This document shows, one piece after another, positions 26,209 to 27,196 of a DNA stretch of 27,196 bases. The position numbers were made by a program, and so were the translations under genes. The notes under the pieces were generated by a model. It was not told the DNA's origin and did no database searches. It saw nothing but the letters and a program-made list of their open reading frames with translations. Where the stretch lies: the NCBI GenBank assembly GCA_049509455.1, contig JBEKZX010000018.1, positions 1-27,196 of the forward strand. Reading direction: 5' to 3'. The stretch is from Conexivisphaerales archaeon (GTDB lineage Archaea; Thermoproteota; Nitrososphaeria; Conexivisphaerales; DTJL01). Within the stretch, counting starts at the first letter, position 1. Each line of letters starts with the position of its first letter.

Positions 26209-26453
26209 TAATGAGGAGTGTTTTCCGCACAAGTGGGGGTTGGTGCGTCGGGTGATGGCGAGCGCGACATCTGCGCGGTTCTGCCGCAGCTGCGGAAGGA
26301 GCTTTTCGCGATGAGAAGTTGGACGGCTCTTACACCCCATCGTGAGCCTGACGGTGGACTCCCTCGAATCCCAGAAACATGAAGCCTGGTGACACGGCCT
26401 CCTGACGCCGAAGCCGCGAACCTCAAGCCGTCCAAGTTCGCCTCTCTCGATAT

Positions 26454-26478
26454 TTTTGGATATCTACTGCTGCTGGAA
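26454..26478 (+). repeat. Module B3 copy
   Basis: ttttggatatctactgctgctggaa vs 5535-5559: 23/25. Confidence 0.85.
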
Positions 26479-26584
26479 AGAAAAGCGATACCCTTCTTCA
26501 ACCTCAAGGGATTCGAATCCAACCGGCTCCGCCTGAGTTACTTCCATGGAACTTTAAAATAGCCAAATGCTGAATCATCAGATC

Positions 26585-26881
26585 GTGAATACCAAGAAGC
26601 TGTTTCCCGTGGCGGTAGAGGTCGGGAGCGTCGCTCTTTCGATTTACGGCTTCGCTAGTGCGCTCTACTGGTATTGGATATTTCTTCAATCAGCGCCTGC
26701 TCAGAGCATCAGCTCCAACGCTCTTGTGCTTCAGGGAGTCCCTCTTTCTCACATCATCGAGAGCCTTTTGACAATAGCTCTAGGCAGCTTCATTCACACT
26801 ATGCACAGGGTTTGGCCAGAGATTCTCGACCTTTTCGAACGCGCCGGGCGGGAAGTCGAGTCTGAAGTGAAACGCGTGTGA
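26585..26881 (+). CDS. Small two-helix membrane protein, hypothetical
   Basis: TTTAAAA at 26553-26559 places the start at GTG 26585 (ORF open from 26567); two hydrophobic helices. Confidence 0.7.
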   Translation: MNTKKLFPVAVEVGSVALSIYGFASALYWYWIFLQSAPAQSISSNALVLQGVPLSHIIESLLTIALGSFIHTMHRVWPEILDLFERAGREVESEVKRV

Positions 26882-27109
26882 CTAATTTACGACGAGCTCT
26901 TTTGAGATGGCTGAAGAGGCCCTTACCGGAAGGGCAGGAACGATGATCGTTACATGACGTTCCCTTCTAGGACCAATGAACGGACCAAAACCCTCTGAAT
27001 ATAAGCACACTAGAGCAAGCGCCACGGCTGTTTCTGAAAGATGGGACGCATCAGCTCCTGATGCGCTTCTTACGCATTCATTAAATAGAGCTACAGAAAA
27101 CGGAATCAT

Positions 27110-27196
27110 ATGAGTGCAGCGGATAGGGTAAGAAAGGACCTAAACGATAGCATCAAGAGCGCCGAGGAGTTCATCGAAAGCACGAAGAGGTCGTTG
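27110..27196 (+). CDS. Start of a gene running off the window (MSAADRVRKDLNDSIKSAEEFIESTKRSL...)
   Basis: TTAAATA at 27081-27087, ATG 27110, open frame to the window end, amphipathic helical pattern. Confidence 0.6.
   Translation, partial: MSAADRVRKDLNDSIKSAEEFIESTKRSL

Noticed and set aside
26882-27109. 75-aa minus-strand ORF
   Set aside because: No motif, low coding character, and it overlaps the promoter of the plus-strand gene starting at 27110.

Overview
A 27.2-kb window that is almost certainly archaeal: TATA boxes sit ~25-35 nt before start codons, the Rieske/cytochrome b pair is SoxL/SoxN-type, and there is a pilin-like protein. A GC-rich Nitrososphaerota/TACK-type lineage is my inference, not something the sequence proves. 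It holds about 25 protein genes. These include a six-PAS histidine kinase, a stand-alone cNMP-binding protein, a GT-C-like membrane protein and a hypothetical + B12/radical-SAM pair. A GC-rich respiratory/iron block encodes a beta-helix protein, Rieske, cytochrome b, a small membrane protein, a wHTH + membrane pair, a COG2345/SufR-like regulator, a second membrane-fused Rieske and VIT1. A PadR-ABC exporter-oxidoreductase block and small hypothetical genes follow. I see no rRNA, complete tRNA, CRISPR array, integrase or transposase. Four observations stand out. (1) A modular family of degenerate intergenic repeats (modules T, B1-B3, C, D, E) occurs in at least 11 places; it forms a 38/41 inverted repeat around a pilin-like gene and a gene-repeat-gene-repeat array resembling single-gene cassettes. 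(2) The cytochrome b has Lys in place of the fourth heme-ligating His and appears operon-linked to a secreted beta-helix protein. (3) The second Rieske carries a 4-TM domain and an internal twin-arginine motif. (4) That same membrane domain is also encoded as a free-standing gene about 9 kb away.
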